The translations under genes and the position numbers were made by a program. From NCBI GenBank assembly GCA_040954595.2, contig CM082598.2, positions 5,905,097 to 5,969,096 of the forward strand: 64,000 nt of DNA, given 5' to 3'. Below the pieces are notes generated by a model. The model had not been told where the DNA came from and searched no databases. It was given only the letters and a program-made list of their open reading frames with translations. The stretch is from Balanoglossus misakiensis. Lineage: Eukaryota > Animalia > Hemichordata. The first letter of the stretch is position 1, and every line of letters starts with the position of its first letter. Below are positions 52,332 to 64,000 of this stretch, in pieces.

Positions 52332-55300
52332 ATGTCCACGATGTCTTTAGTTGCGCGATGTAACCGCCAGAAGAAGGCTGCTACGGCAGCCAAGTTTTTG
52401 AAGGAATCCCGTGCGAGTGCTTCAAAAAGTACGAAGAAACGAGACCTGCCCGACACAGAATCGTCGGATCAAGGAGTTATTAACTCACCGGCAAAGCGGA
52501 AAAGGTAGGTTTGATTGACAGTTATTTTAATGCCAAATTCTTCGATTTATTTGTTTAGTAATGTTCATGAAGTTCATAAAAAGGGAAGTGACATCGCATT
52601 ACGCATCGGGTCATGTCATAGTTAGTTATCCGCCATGTTGGTTTAGGCACACTCATGGCCACATGACCGTGTGGCCCGGCCCTCGGGTAACGGACCTAGA
52701 CATCCACGGTTACGGACAATATTGGATCTTTAATGAACGTATGTTTCGGGAATACGAACTAAATTTGGTAATCTGATCACAATGTTGAACATCATGCAAC
52801 GATGATAGCGGCTACACGGAGCAAATTAACACGGTAGTCACGCGCTCCCGCCCGCAGACCTGTGGGCTGTACGTACGTGTACGTACGCGTAAAGGTGAGT
52901 GCAGGGTAGCCCTGCGTACAGGTCTGTGTTGTTCCCGGCGTTACACAGACCTAAGTGCGAGATCAGACTCAGTTGCGGTCGTTGTTGATCGATCGGTTAC
53001 GATCATTTAAGCATCGAAATAGATCTTTACACGAATATTCTTTATTCAAGCATTGGTACAGTGGCTTACAGAAACACTGTATGATGGTAATGTAATTAAA
53101 TTTATTCATCACGGTTATTGATCTATTGATTTTTTAGGATGGTTACCAGTGAAGGTACATGTAGGATGGGTGCATCAGATGAGTACAACCGACAGCTACG
53201 AGTCAGCAACCAGTGGTGGAAATTATCTGATGGTGCCACCTATGTTGTGTCCGATTGTGACAAATCTACTGGAGTTCTTCTAAAAGAAAAATACTGTATT
53301 GTTCAGCATAAGCTTTGTTTCACAAATCCCAATAACAACCAGACTGTCAATATTGGAACATGCAACTGCGAAGATGGAAGTGTACATGCTGAGAGATTAG
53401 AGAAAACTGGGAAGACCATACACCATGACTTTATTGATTTTATAGCCACTGAAAAGAGAAATTATTGCATCCATTCACATGCTGTGGACAGTCTGCAGTC
53501 TCCATCTGAAGACACACCTGTCGCAGAGTCGGGTAAGTTGCATATGAAGAACTATCATTTAAACATATCCAGTGTACATGTAAGTCATGTAGATACCAAG
53601 TCAGTCTCAGTACGTAAGCAATTAATTTCTTGTATTGAAATAATACAATAAACCAGGTAACTTAATTTTATCCCAATAATTTTTCCATATTTTTATCTCC
53701 AGAAACTGTTTGTGTCGATATTTTAAGTGAGAACCCCTTTTTGGCAGCTGTCAGTATGGAGTCTGTACATTTGATACGTCTGAAGAATGGTCTTGCCAGG
53801 AAGAAGCTTGCTTGTGCGACATGCAGGTTTGGCACCTCTGATTGCGACTATGTCAATGTTTTCCGGACGTGGTGTGAACAGACAGAGAGGACAGTCCAAG
53901 AAAGTGAAAGACAAGAGCCGCGTACAAGTCAGTTCCGGTATGTTTCATACAAGCCCATCCCGTATCCAATGTCAGAAGACCTGAAGGCTGTGTATACACA
54001 ACAAGAATTAGGACAGTTGCAATTTCCAGGTTATCTTGTTCCAACTATACCACCAAGTGAAAGCATCAACCACACCTGTCAACATGGAAACGGTTGGGAT
54101 ACAGACGACCCCGTAGAGAAGAAGTGGTTTGTGGGTGATGCAGTCATATACAAAGAAGGCTGTACCATATCCAAGGTGTACCTTTGTGGTGAAGCGAAGA
54201 ACATAAAAGGTACTACACTAGCAGTGTTTTCACTGCATACATTGTCACATCTAATTTAAAGGGACAAAGTCTCTCTCTCGCTGCCCTTTTTTCCATTAAT
54301 TATGTCTAGTAATTGTAACTGCATTATTTTTACACATAGCTTGTGAAGCTTGTGAAATGGTGTGCCCAGCAAGAGAAAATCTTTCAATCAATTTCAATTT
54401 CAGAATTTATAATTTCTTGTGTGTCGTTAATCTTTTCATTACAGTCTGCTTTCGACCCACCATTGGTGAGTGTCAGTGCTGTCTGCATTATGATGGACAA
54501 GGAGAGTTACTTTTCAACTTGAACAACCGGGACTTCGTACACTTTGGGTTATTATATACATATCTCCACTTGATGCTGGAATCACGGAATCCTTTAGCAG
54601 CGTTTCACAGGTCAGTCAACTTTGATAGTAGTAGACCAGCAGACAAAGTGAAATCACAGTGAAACATTTTTTGGTAATATAAATAATCCACAGTAACTTT
54701 TTTTCGGTGTTTGGGGAAGATTGTAATGAATCTGTTTTTATCATTTTGCAGAGCTTATTCTGAGAAGCATGCGACACTGACAAGGTCATCCGTTTTTCTA
54801 CCGTTACACAAACTGCGGTTGGCATGGAATGGCTTCGCAAGACTTTTGAATATACAGTCCCAACACCGTACAACAACTAAACTGTACGGGAAAGTTCCCG
54901 CACTAGTTGTAGCAGTGTTGTAGCAGAGATGTTACGGCAACACCTCTATTGTTGGTTAATTGATGTTTTTTGTCTTAGTTTACGGCAACTACAAAGGTTC
55001 CCGTAGTTTGAAACAAAAGAATGTGTGCTCCATTACGGCAATTTGGGGCAGGTGTTACGGCAAGAAGGGCTAATGGGGAGGTGATTATCACCCTGATGTG
55101 AACAATAGTTGTAGCAATGTCTATATGTGATAATGAGCTCCGCCCATGTGGATTTTTGCTTGGTTGCGGGCAATTAATGTCCTGGCCTCACTAAGCAAAT
55201 GCATTCCTTGCAAATCTTGACAGTGGGAAAGTCAGTTGTCAACCTTACCTAATATTTCCCCTGTCTCAGTAGCTTTACATAGCTAGCTGACCGACTGCAA

Positions 55301-58300
55301 AGTTTTGTGTTGTGACTTATGCAGAACGCAAGCGGTTCTAAAAATAAACTTCCATAACACTTGGCCGTAAGTTGGCAGAGTATTGACTAATATGTTGCAA
55401 TTGACGTACATTTTGTGACAACTAGGGCAAGGCCAACAACCTAATCAGGATATGCAAATTAGGTAAAGACGCACTCAAAACAGCAAGGGACGCAATTTGT
55501 GGTTTCATTGCTTCCCCAGAGACTTGGGTAATAAAAAGCAAGCGCGACCACTGATAAAAGACAGCTGAATTCACAGCATCCATTACGGCCTACCGTTCAC
55601 CATACAATACACGTCTTACTGTGTAGTGGGAGGTCAAAATGTTTTTTTTTCATCAACTTGAACTCAGTATTATTCAACAAAAACATCTGCAAAAGATCCA
55701 CTGTAAAAATCTAGCCGGATTCGACTTGCCACTTGCTTCAAATAGAAGTCCAAATATTTCTCTAGGCACATGTGTGTTCACAATATTTCAAATGAAAAAA
55801 GTATAAAGAACACTAGCTTCCATTTAGGTTTACAGTAAAACAATGAATGGGGTGATAGACTGCCGATTGTCTTTACTTTCAAGTTGGAGGACACATCCCT
55901 TGGGAAACATTAACAGAGAACGTAGGTACGGGCACCAGAAATTGACCAGTGGCCTTACTTTAATATTGGTGGTTAAGATATGACAGTGTGGGCCCGCCCT
56001 GCCCCCGCGGCCCATTACCTGGCAAGAACAATGTGCAACTGACAACGCCAAGTCTCAAATTACATTACATTGCATATTATTGAAATATGTATTCTTGTCT
56101 TTATTGTTGTGTTTATTTGTGTGTGAGAGAAAAAGAGCCGGCCTAGTACCGCAAGATGTGTTGTGCGGGTCAGGTTATTTGCTTGGCGCTAGCTTTTCAA
56201 CGCTGTATTTTCTTGCCTACATGAATTTGTATTTCCTGCCTTGAGTGGGTCTTTTCGTCCAAATTTTATAGTTCTCAATGAGCGCGAGCGTACACAACAG
56301 AATGGGGGCAGTGCTGTATATTATTCGTCCGGATATACTGTAAAGACGGCTCATTGAATGTATTTTATCAGACGCGGACTTGCCGGTCAAGAGACGTAGC
56401 CAGACAATGATAGACAGGCAAATTGTATCAAAGTTCTGCCCACGCGCACGTGGCTTGCTTAGACGTAAACAAATTGCGTGACTGTATAATGAGTAAACAC
56501 GATAGGGGAACTTTCCGATCCCAGGAAAATGGCAGCGCAATATCAGCACATTGAATCACTTGCCGATCCAATCAGTTCCATTCTCACACTATCGAACTTC
56601 TCTTTTTATCATGTCTCTTTCCAAAGTTTGTCATTGCACTGGTGAAAACAAACGTTTGTTTTCTGCCTGTTTTTAACATGTTCCCAGACTAATCACATGG
56701 GTAAACGTTGTAATCTCCGCTATCGGGGAATAAACCTGTGTTTACAAGTGGCATCAACTTGCAAATGAAACATTTTGTCATTTAGAAGTTTTCCAGTAAA
56801 AATAGAGGGGGCGGGCGTACTCCATCACAAGCACAGGTCGGCCAGTATTTTAATGTGCAGGTCGGCCCGGTGCGGAACACGGGTTGTTTTGCATATCATG
56901 CATGAATGGATAGAATTTGCGTGCAAAATAAACTTTTGCCAGATACACAACCTGTGCATACTACGTATGCACGTACGTCTGTAAATCCACCTTGGCGGAA
57001 GGATGAATCAAACGTATTAATAAAGTTGGCCCAGCTGATACGAATCGAGTCTTGCTTTGCTCAAATATATTCTGCGATAATTGCTGTGATTAGCGGTTTG
57101 TCATTTCCAGATGCAAGGTAGTAGACAGGTGGCTTACCACCAGGTTAAAAGAAAGGTGCGTGGACAATCAATCACTCCCCTTGTATAAATGTACATAATC
57201 CCATCTTAGCAGTTTGTCCTGGTTGAAATTCGGCGACAACCATGACAATGAGTGTATGTAAAATGCGCTCAAGGTCTGTCTGTAAAAAACAAGGTCAAAT
57301 GGCAAGTCTTTCGCAAAAATAATCCCCATGTCCAGACAAGAATGTTATCGTTTTCAAATAATTTGTTCAGTGAGGTTTCTTTTTGCTGCGACGCTTGAAT
57401 TCTCAATGGCAGTTTGAGGGCTAGACTTTCACCGTTGAGGTCAAAAAATGTTGGAAAATCGACCATGATTCACGTCCGCCTCGGGAAATTAAAGACAAAA
57501 ATCGATAGGATACATATTCATGGTGGCAATATGTGTGCATTGTGGAGTTTTTTGCCATCGAAAAAGTCGAAAATAATACATTGTCAGGAGAGTTGCCCCA
57601 TTCAGCGTCAATTACACAATGAACGCCACCAGTTGGCTACCCCTGTTTATTTACAGGGAAGTCCGGTGTAATGCAATTAACTGACTCTAGATCACGATTT
57701 GAAAAAAAAAACACAATTTATTGTACGCGTTGCTCATGGCAACATTCGCGCTTGCACTCTCAATGATATTCAAGATAGCAGCTCCAGACAACATGACCTC
57801 AGACACGGTCCCTCGGGACCGTGCCTCAGACCTAGATGGACGCGCGGCCGCTATTGAGGTCACCAGGAAGCTTTCCAATGTGGAACAGCTTCAGTCCGTC
57901 CGCGACGCGAAACACCCGACATTGTAATATCCGAGTCAGATTCGGAGAATGAACCAAAACAACTCAACAATTCCGGTAGAGAAAGGGCATGATTTCCATG
58001 ATGCCGATGCATCATTTTGTTCAGAAATCTACACGCAAATTAATTTTATTAAACAGTTAAATGAAACAAAAAATAAAAATAAATGTATCAATGTGTGTGC
58101 GTGGGTCAACAATTTAACTGGCTCAATCAATCTGATTGATAGACCCGGCAGCAAAGTGTATCAACCTTGTTCAACAAACAAATTGCGTGAATATATAATG
58201 AGTAAACATGTAGGTCATTCATCCCAAACCGGCCAACTAATTGCTGCCAGTCACTTCCCGTCATGTTCAAGCGCTGCCCGTCGAAAAACGAGTGTATCCA

Positions 58301-61008
58301 TTGCCGTAATAATAGAATATTGAAATAATACAGACCATTACTACTTATGAAACCCTTCAAAATTATAGTCAAGAAGACTCTCACAACGTGTCTGTTCTAA
58401 AGATCAAACTGCAGCTGATCGTGGTACTACAGGCCAACATTATCTTGTAAACAAGCCGTACTATTTATTATCAGGGGGGGAAAGGGTAAAAAAAAATGAA
58501 AGCCAATGTCTTTTAAGCTAAACCCAATTGTGAAATGCATCAGTGTGTTTGATTTTCCATTGGTCATGCTTTGTCTCTCTCAAATATTAATTGGTCCAGC
58601 TCCTTGAAAGAAAAGAAACCCCAGCAAAGCATGTGCATTCTACAACACTGGGGTAGGGATGTGTTGACCTCTGTTCATGTCCACAGACTGTTCTGTTACC
58701 GAGAGAGTTCAGACTTTGTCGATGAACATAACATCATTCCAAAACTGACTTCATTGGTATTTGATGTCAGCCCTTTGCCATTTTATTTTTAGACAGAGCT
58801 TCTTTTGTAAACTTTGTGATACAATGTTGCAGTGACCTGTTGCAAAAATGTTGCACTCTAGTTCTAGACCTGTCAATCACTCTAGTTGTAGCAAAATAAT
58901 CAACACCTTGAACAAAAGGCATCACTCTGTGGGGGCTAATTGACAGGTGTTGCAGCAGTATTTACTGGTAGAGGTGTTAAGCTTCCCTTGTTAATGGCTT
59001 GCCGTAAAGGAGTTGCCGTAGTTTTTACGGAAATGTAACAAAAGGAAATGGGCCTCAGACAATTGTTGCAGCAAACTCTGCTACAACTAACAATAGTTCC
59101 CGTAGGGGTTCCCGTAGTTCCCGTAGGGTTGACGTACTACTTGCCGTATTCAGAAATATACAAATAGTTGTTATGTTCTGTTGGGACTGTATGCTGGACA
59201 AGTGCATTTTCTTGTGATGTTTGTGGTGACACCCCTGACATTGTGATTTGTGATGGGACGGCAATTGGAATGAACAAGCAACTCCTTCAATGTTTTAAAC
59301 CTAGTGAAGAAAGTGCAGAAAGTTTACCTCCCATTCTGGGTAGTAAACACACAAACCGAGTGTTTGTACCAAGTCCGCCGGCAAGGAAGCTGCTATTACG
59401 ATTTGCTGGACTGCATCCAGGACACAAGCAGCAAAGAAATTTACCAGTTTCTCCACTGTCGCAAAACGAGTACAGGCAGTTGATCTCGCTCCTGAGAAAA
59501 CATGAACATTTGGTGCCACTTGTTGACTTTCTTGATAGAATAAGCCAGAGTGGGGTTAGTGGTGTTTCACCATTGAAGTATCAGTGCTTCCTCCAAGATT
59601 TGGCAAGAAACTCCCCAGCGTCATCTCTACTACAAACCGATGAACATTCTAAAGTACGTCATATCATCAAGGAAATAGTCATCAAGGGTATCAACATCTT
59701 CCAGAGCTGTCACAAAGAGAAACTCACAGTTCTTCAGACAGAAGCACCCATTATTTGTAGTTTCCTCTGCAATGTCAGTGATGATGGCTGTTTACCAACT
59801 GATGTGCGTCGTCTGATCCAGAGTTTGATGTTGCGGTGTAAAGTTCCATACCCATCACAGTCTACTCAGCAGTACCTGCCTCCCTGTCATAGAGAGCTAT
59901 TTGATGGATTAGGTTTCTTTCCAAACATGCCTGAAGTACAAGGGTAAGTTATGATTTTATAATGTGCCCATATTTTGTATGACACAGGTTGTACATCAAT
60001 TGTTATTGCTGCTTGTTGATATAAGTATACTAAATATAATAACAATCAAAAGTAAAAGTTGACTCTTAATAATTATTTACTATCTTATTGCAGGAGTGGT
60101 AACTATTCTATTGACTGCAAAGCAGAAAGCCGTGCATGCCGAGAAGCAGACACTTGCAACAAGTTTTCTCAAGGCCACCCAACATTATCACCTGGGCTGT
60201 TCACTGTGTACTGTCCCCACAAAATCTGTGTTGGTTTTCAAGTAATGGATGTACATGAATCGCCAGCAACGCCATTCAACATAATCATAAAGCGAATGAG
60301 GAAAGCACCACGCATTATTATTTACGACAATGCCTGCAAGCTCCACCAATACTGCCTGAATCGGTGAGTGAAAGAAACCGAAAGTATAGATAGTGGGGAA
60401 TGTATAATATGTATAGATAAAAGTACATGTAAATTCTCAATAACACACTCTAGGTTCTTGAAAAGTTTGATTTCATGTGTTTTTTTCTAATTAAACTAAA
60501 TTATTGTCAAATTTTCTTTTTCCAGTGAGCCTGACTTCTTCAAGACAACAATGTTTTTAGTTGACAGACTTCACTGGGGCAATCACATTGGGTAAGTATA
60601 CTCTACAAACTATTTATACTCGGGCAATTTTTGGAGTCAGGCTTCAGAAACAGTGGTGAAGCCTAATGCTGTGTTGTTTTACATATATCTGCAGCCTTAC
60701 ACAGACCTAGATCGTTCAAATTTGACAACCTACAAAATCATAGATAAAAACATTGTAAACATTTCAGCTGATCTGTACTACACTGTTAAATGTTTTTATT
60801 TTCTTTCAGATGTTCCTCTGGATATAACATGGCTGTCTACAAGGCTGACAGAGCCATCACACAGTTGAATTCACAAGTTTGTGAGCAGAGCAATGCATCT
60901 ATTTCAAGGATTAAAGCACAGCTGTCCTACATGTTACCAGACAACTTTATTTTTCACGCTGCTTTGTTTCTGGGAATAACAAACATGAAAGCAAAGAATT
61001 CATGTTAA
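52332..61008 (+). CDS. KDZ/Zisupton-type (HMGXB3-related) transposase, 8 exons, interrupted by a 4.3-kb insertion in exon 5
   Basis: Exons 52332-52504, 53138-53532, 53703-54209, 54445-54610, 54752-54854+59192-59943, 60094-60363, 60526-60591 and 60810-61008. All introns are GT-AG and phase-compatible, totalling 2631 nt (876 aa). Motifs: SWIM-like CNC..CIH, CDVCGDTPDIVICDG, CNK...PGLF..YCPH..C.GF, ESP, IIYDNACKL..YCLNREP.FF, VDRLHW.NH..C, NSQVCEQ. Confidence 0.88.
54855..59189. mobile_element. 4,335-bp non-autonomous TIR element with TA TSD
   Basis: TA|CAGTCCCAACA...TGTTGGGACTG|TA, with subterminal TACGGCAA/TTGCCGTA, TACGGG/CCCGTA and TTGTAGCAG repeats. No recognisable ORF. Confidence 0.88.
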
Positions 61009-61144
61009 TGTTAAATATAAAAATAATTTATTCATCAATTGAGTCAATATTACAAATGTTACTAATGGGAAAAAAAATACACTTCATTAATAAAAAATAG
61101 CAGAAATTTCTCAAGTAAAAGCAGATTTTATTATTACATTAAAG

Positions 61145-62630
61145 TTACAAATCCATCACTCTTCTTCGCTTGGACGCTCTCTGGCTTCTTCGTGGCTGCT
61201 GGTCATGAGGTTGTGACAGGGTTGGTGAAGGTAGGGTGGAAACGGTGGATAGCTGTGGTGGTTGTTGATCATCATGGCTGAAGATAGTGGGTAGTGGTGG
61301 TGGTGTGGGTGGAAAATCACGCAGCGATGACTGGAAGGGATCGGGTGAATTGAAGGAGGCGATGGACTGGTCCGTGTTGATTGTGGTGTTTCTTGTGTGT
61401 ACCATCACATCTGATAAAGTTAGAACTGGCATCTCCAGTGGTGTTGAGTGCATGTGATCTGAAAGAAAAATAGGAAAATAGATTAAAATCGATGTTAATA
61501 TGTAAAGTGTAGAATGACATAATAGATAATTAATTTTTCTGTGTATATATTTTGTAGACCTTTTGTGACAAGTTTTATATGTATCAATAAATGTGAAATG
61601 ATTTGACAAATACCAGTTTTTGTAAATTATAGACATAGATGAGAACCATAAATATGACTTACCTTCTATACTTCTCATAGATGAGAAAGTGGGCGTTGGA
61701 GCCTCGGACGAGTACTGTGCCAAGTAGTTCATAGCAGCCGGCAAGTCATCTACCCGTACAGACATATCTGAAAGTTGAAAATTTAAATACAGAATACATC
61801 TCTATTTTAGAAATATTGTATTATGCAAGGAGTATTTTTAAATTTCAAATTCCAGTTTGTGATGGGAAACGAAGGGTTAAAATTGGATTGAAGAAAAAAA
61901 GTATCTACTACTTACTCTCTGTCGAATCTTGAGGCGTGGGTTCTTCTTCTCGGAAATCACCTGTATGGGGAGTATAAGTACAAATTGTTAAAATCCAGAA
62001 AGAAACGAGCACTTAATCCAAACTTGCAAACTGTTAAAAGCAAAAGTGACATAGTAAAACGGATATCAACTTACCTGTCAAATGCATCATTTGATAAAAG
62101 GAATAGCATGATGCCGCTGCCCTTCTCAGCATCTTCGTCCACTGGCCACGGGGTCCTTGCTTAAGTTCCGCGGGGGTCTCCGACGGGTCGCAGAATGGCA
62201 CATCACTCGGCCACCACTCCGGAGCGTTGTCCTGCTGGCCCCAGAGGGGGCGTGATCGGTTGACGGTCTTCCGGACGATGTCCGGCACTAGCTTACGTAG
62301 CCCATCGTAAGCCATTACGCTTAGGGTACAACCCCATCGCGCGACACAGTCTGGAAGGCGTTTGGGGTTGTCACTGTCACTGGATGGTGTTGAGGCTGTT
62401 GCTGTGGAAACCGGCGTCGTGTTACTGTTGGCGATGATGGTCGGCATGGATGCAGCGATCGATGTTTGCAGACCTTCGCTGCCGTGGACGATGAACTTTC
62501 GCTCACCGGTCAAGCGATCTACAAAAGTTGTCACTACGGCGACCTCGAGGGACGTCTTCTTCGAAAACATGTCGACCTGGCTCGACAAAATTCTCCAGCT
62601 GCTGGTCTGCTTCTTGTTAAGACTCTCCAT
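61145..62630 (-). CDS. NRF1/EWG-type DNA-binding-domain protein, 4 exons, 339 aa, inside the KDZ element
   Basis: Exons 62630-62075, 61960-61916, 61767-61663 and 61458-61145 (all phase 1, GT-AG, 1020 nt, no stops). LRKLVPDIVRKTVNRSRPLWG..NAPEWWPSDVPF.....WTKMLRRAAASCYSFY resembles the NRF1 DBD pattern (LR.FIP.ML...GRGKPGWG....P.WWP.DIPW....WT.ALR.IV.NCY). The tail is P/S/T/Q-rich with a basic end (RRSQRASKRRR). Confidence 0.8.
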
Positions 62631-62690
62631 TGCGATGCGTGTAGTACTCAGAATTACGATGTAATGACATGAACTAGAAAGTTTCCCATA

Positions 62691-62698
62691 TTTATATA
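62691..62698 (-). promoter_or_regulatory. Candidate TATA box of the NRF1-like gene
   Basis: TATATAAA on the - strand, ~60 bp upstream of the ATG at 62630. Confidence 0.4.
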
Positions 62699-63903
62699 GA
62701 TTGCAACAATGAAAGGTGACAAACATGATCTTGACCGCACTTTCGCGATTGCCGACAATGCCGCATACACATTCACACTTTCATAATCATAGAGGGTGAT
62801 TGACACGATCGGCCCCTTTGACTCTATTAGGAGGTGGTATATCAGATGCACCGACCGTTTATTCCAAGTGCCGCTAACCAATTAATAATAATTATAAACT
62901 TGTGAATGGGAGTGGTCGGTACCTTCGGATCATGCTTAGCGAAAGGCATCGGCAGTAGAGAGACCAAAATGATTGGCAGGAGGTTCATGGAGTTGGTTTA
63001 CCGCCTCAATTTACAACTACATGTACATTTGTATTTAGACCTAAAAAACTCATTCGATAACATCATGTGCGCAGGCAGCGAGGACATTTTTCTTTAATAC
63101 AAAATAGCCGATTGAAAAATAACGTGTTTTTAAATATCGAATTCACTGTTGAGGCAAAAGTCGGACGTACACGGCCAAAGACACAATTTCCGTACCTCAC
63201 CCATATTCTACTCATTTAAACCGATCTCACAGTCACCAAACACAGAAAGAATATCAGACACACCTATTCTCTCCCCCCCCCCTCCCCCCAAAACAACATT
63301 TTTTTTACGTTTTATTGAGACGGACCGAATGACTGTCACCACTCGTTCACTCCCGGGCATTCGCTCAAGAATAACACGTAACTGCACTCACGCTATAGAA
63401 ATACACACAACCGTCTTTCCAAATAAATATATCAATTTTATTTTGACATAAAAACGTTGGGCAAGTATACCGATCACGGTAGCGCGCGAGTAGTCAGATT
63501 CATCGCGCGATCATCCGATGAGCGCAGTGCGACCTTGACCATAGTTCAACCGATGACGTCAAAGGTCAGGTCATTCAAAAATGGCGATTGTCGCATCGTA
63601 TATACCCATTTCGCGTTCGTACGTAAGCTCAATCAGCTGCTAAAATCGACAAACCAAAGAGCCCCTAATTAAAGTCGATGTAAAATCAGACTTGGATATG
63701 ATCTAGTAGAAAGGAAAGGTCAGTATTTCACCAAACGAGAAATGACGCGGATCGTGTATTTTGTACATAGCTGCATACCGGTAACACAACATATCAAGTT
63801 TTCAAAACCCCTCGATCGATACGACTGGGAGCTCGGTATTAAGTATTCCCACATTTTATCATCGAATAGAATTTGTGCTTTTAGAAGCTGGCTTGTATTC
63901 AAG

Positions 63904-64000
63904 TGTAACTCGGAGTACGCAAGTCCGAGCACCGAGTGCAACTCGGTGTATACAAGTCCGAGTACAGCCACTACTCGGAGTGTACAAGTCCGAGTACTCG
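63904..64000 (-). repeat. Right TIR of the KDZ element (truncated by the window edge)
   Basis: 97 visible bases are the reverse complement of the left TIR with one 32-bp unit fewer. Confidence 0.92.

Larger units (their letters stand above)
52056..64000. mobile_element. KDZ (Kyakuja-Dileera-Zisupton) DNA transposon with two convergent genes; right end runs off the window
   Basis: 63904-64000 is the reverse complement of 52121-52249, apart from one extra 32-bp unit on the left. These repeats enclose a KDZ transposase gene and an NRF1-like gene. The exact left terminus and TSD cannot be fixed. Confidence 0.85.

Noticed and set aside
52332-61008. Domesticated HMGXB3 host gene
   Set aside because: No HMG box recognised, and it is flanked by matching TIRs.
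61145-62630. True NRF1 orthologue
   Set aside because: Too divergent from the strongly conserved host NRF1/EWG, no recognisable C-terminal conserved region, and located within TIRs; no gene symbol assigned.
63066-63082. NRF1 binding site (TGCGCAGGCAGCG) upstream of the NRF1-like gene
   Set aside because: Only a half-site matches the GCGCnnGCGC consensus.

Overview
This is a eukaryotic, intron-containing, AT-rich window dominated by transposons. It is probably from a marine invertebrate (inference from the TE families and domain content). From left to right: (1) 1-~7.8 kb is a decayed AcademH-type DNA transposon, with a RecQ/SF2 helicase on + and a spliced DUF6589-like Academ transposase on -, and TAG...CTA non-autonomous elements nested in one intron. 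(2) 7.9-11 kb holds a DIRS-type tyrosine-recombinase retrotransposon remnant and an unassigned DDE-like remnant. (3) 11.4-38.2 kb is a rearranged tandem array of a ~3-4 kb unit that appears to carry decayed F5/8 type C (discoidin) exons. One TTAA site in the unit is occupied by four different TIR elements in different copies, and IS3EU, AcademH-MITE, L2 and Crypton-like inserts are also present. (4) 38.6-47.8 kb holds the 5' exons of an ankyrin-repeat host gene. (5) ~52.06 kb to beyond 64 kb is a TIR-bounded KDZ (Kyakuja-Dileera-Zisupton) transposon. Its 8-exon transposase (876 aa by my splice model) is open except for one 4.3-kb TA-flanked insertion, and it carries a convergent, intact 4-exon gene with an NRF1/EWG-type DNA-binding domain. 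The KDZ + NRF1-like pairing is the best candidate for an undescribed system. All family calls come from motif recognition by eye; no database search was run.
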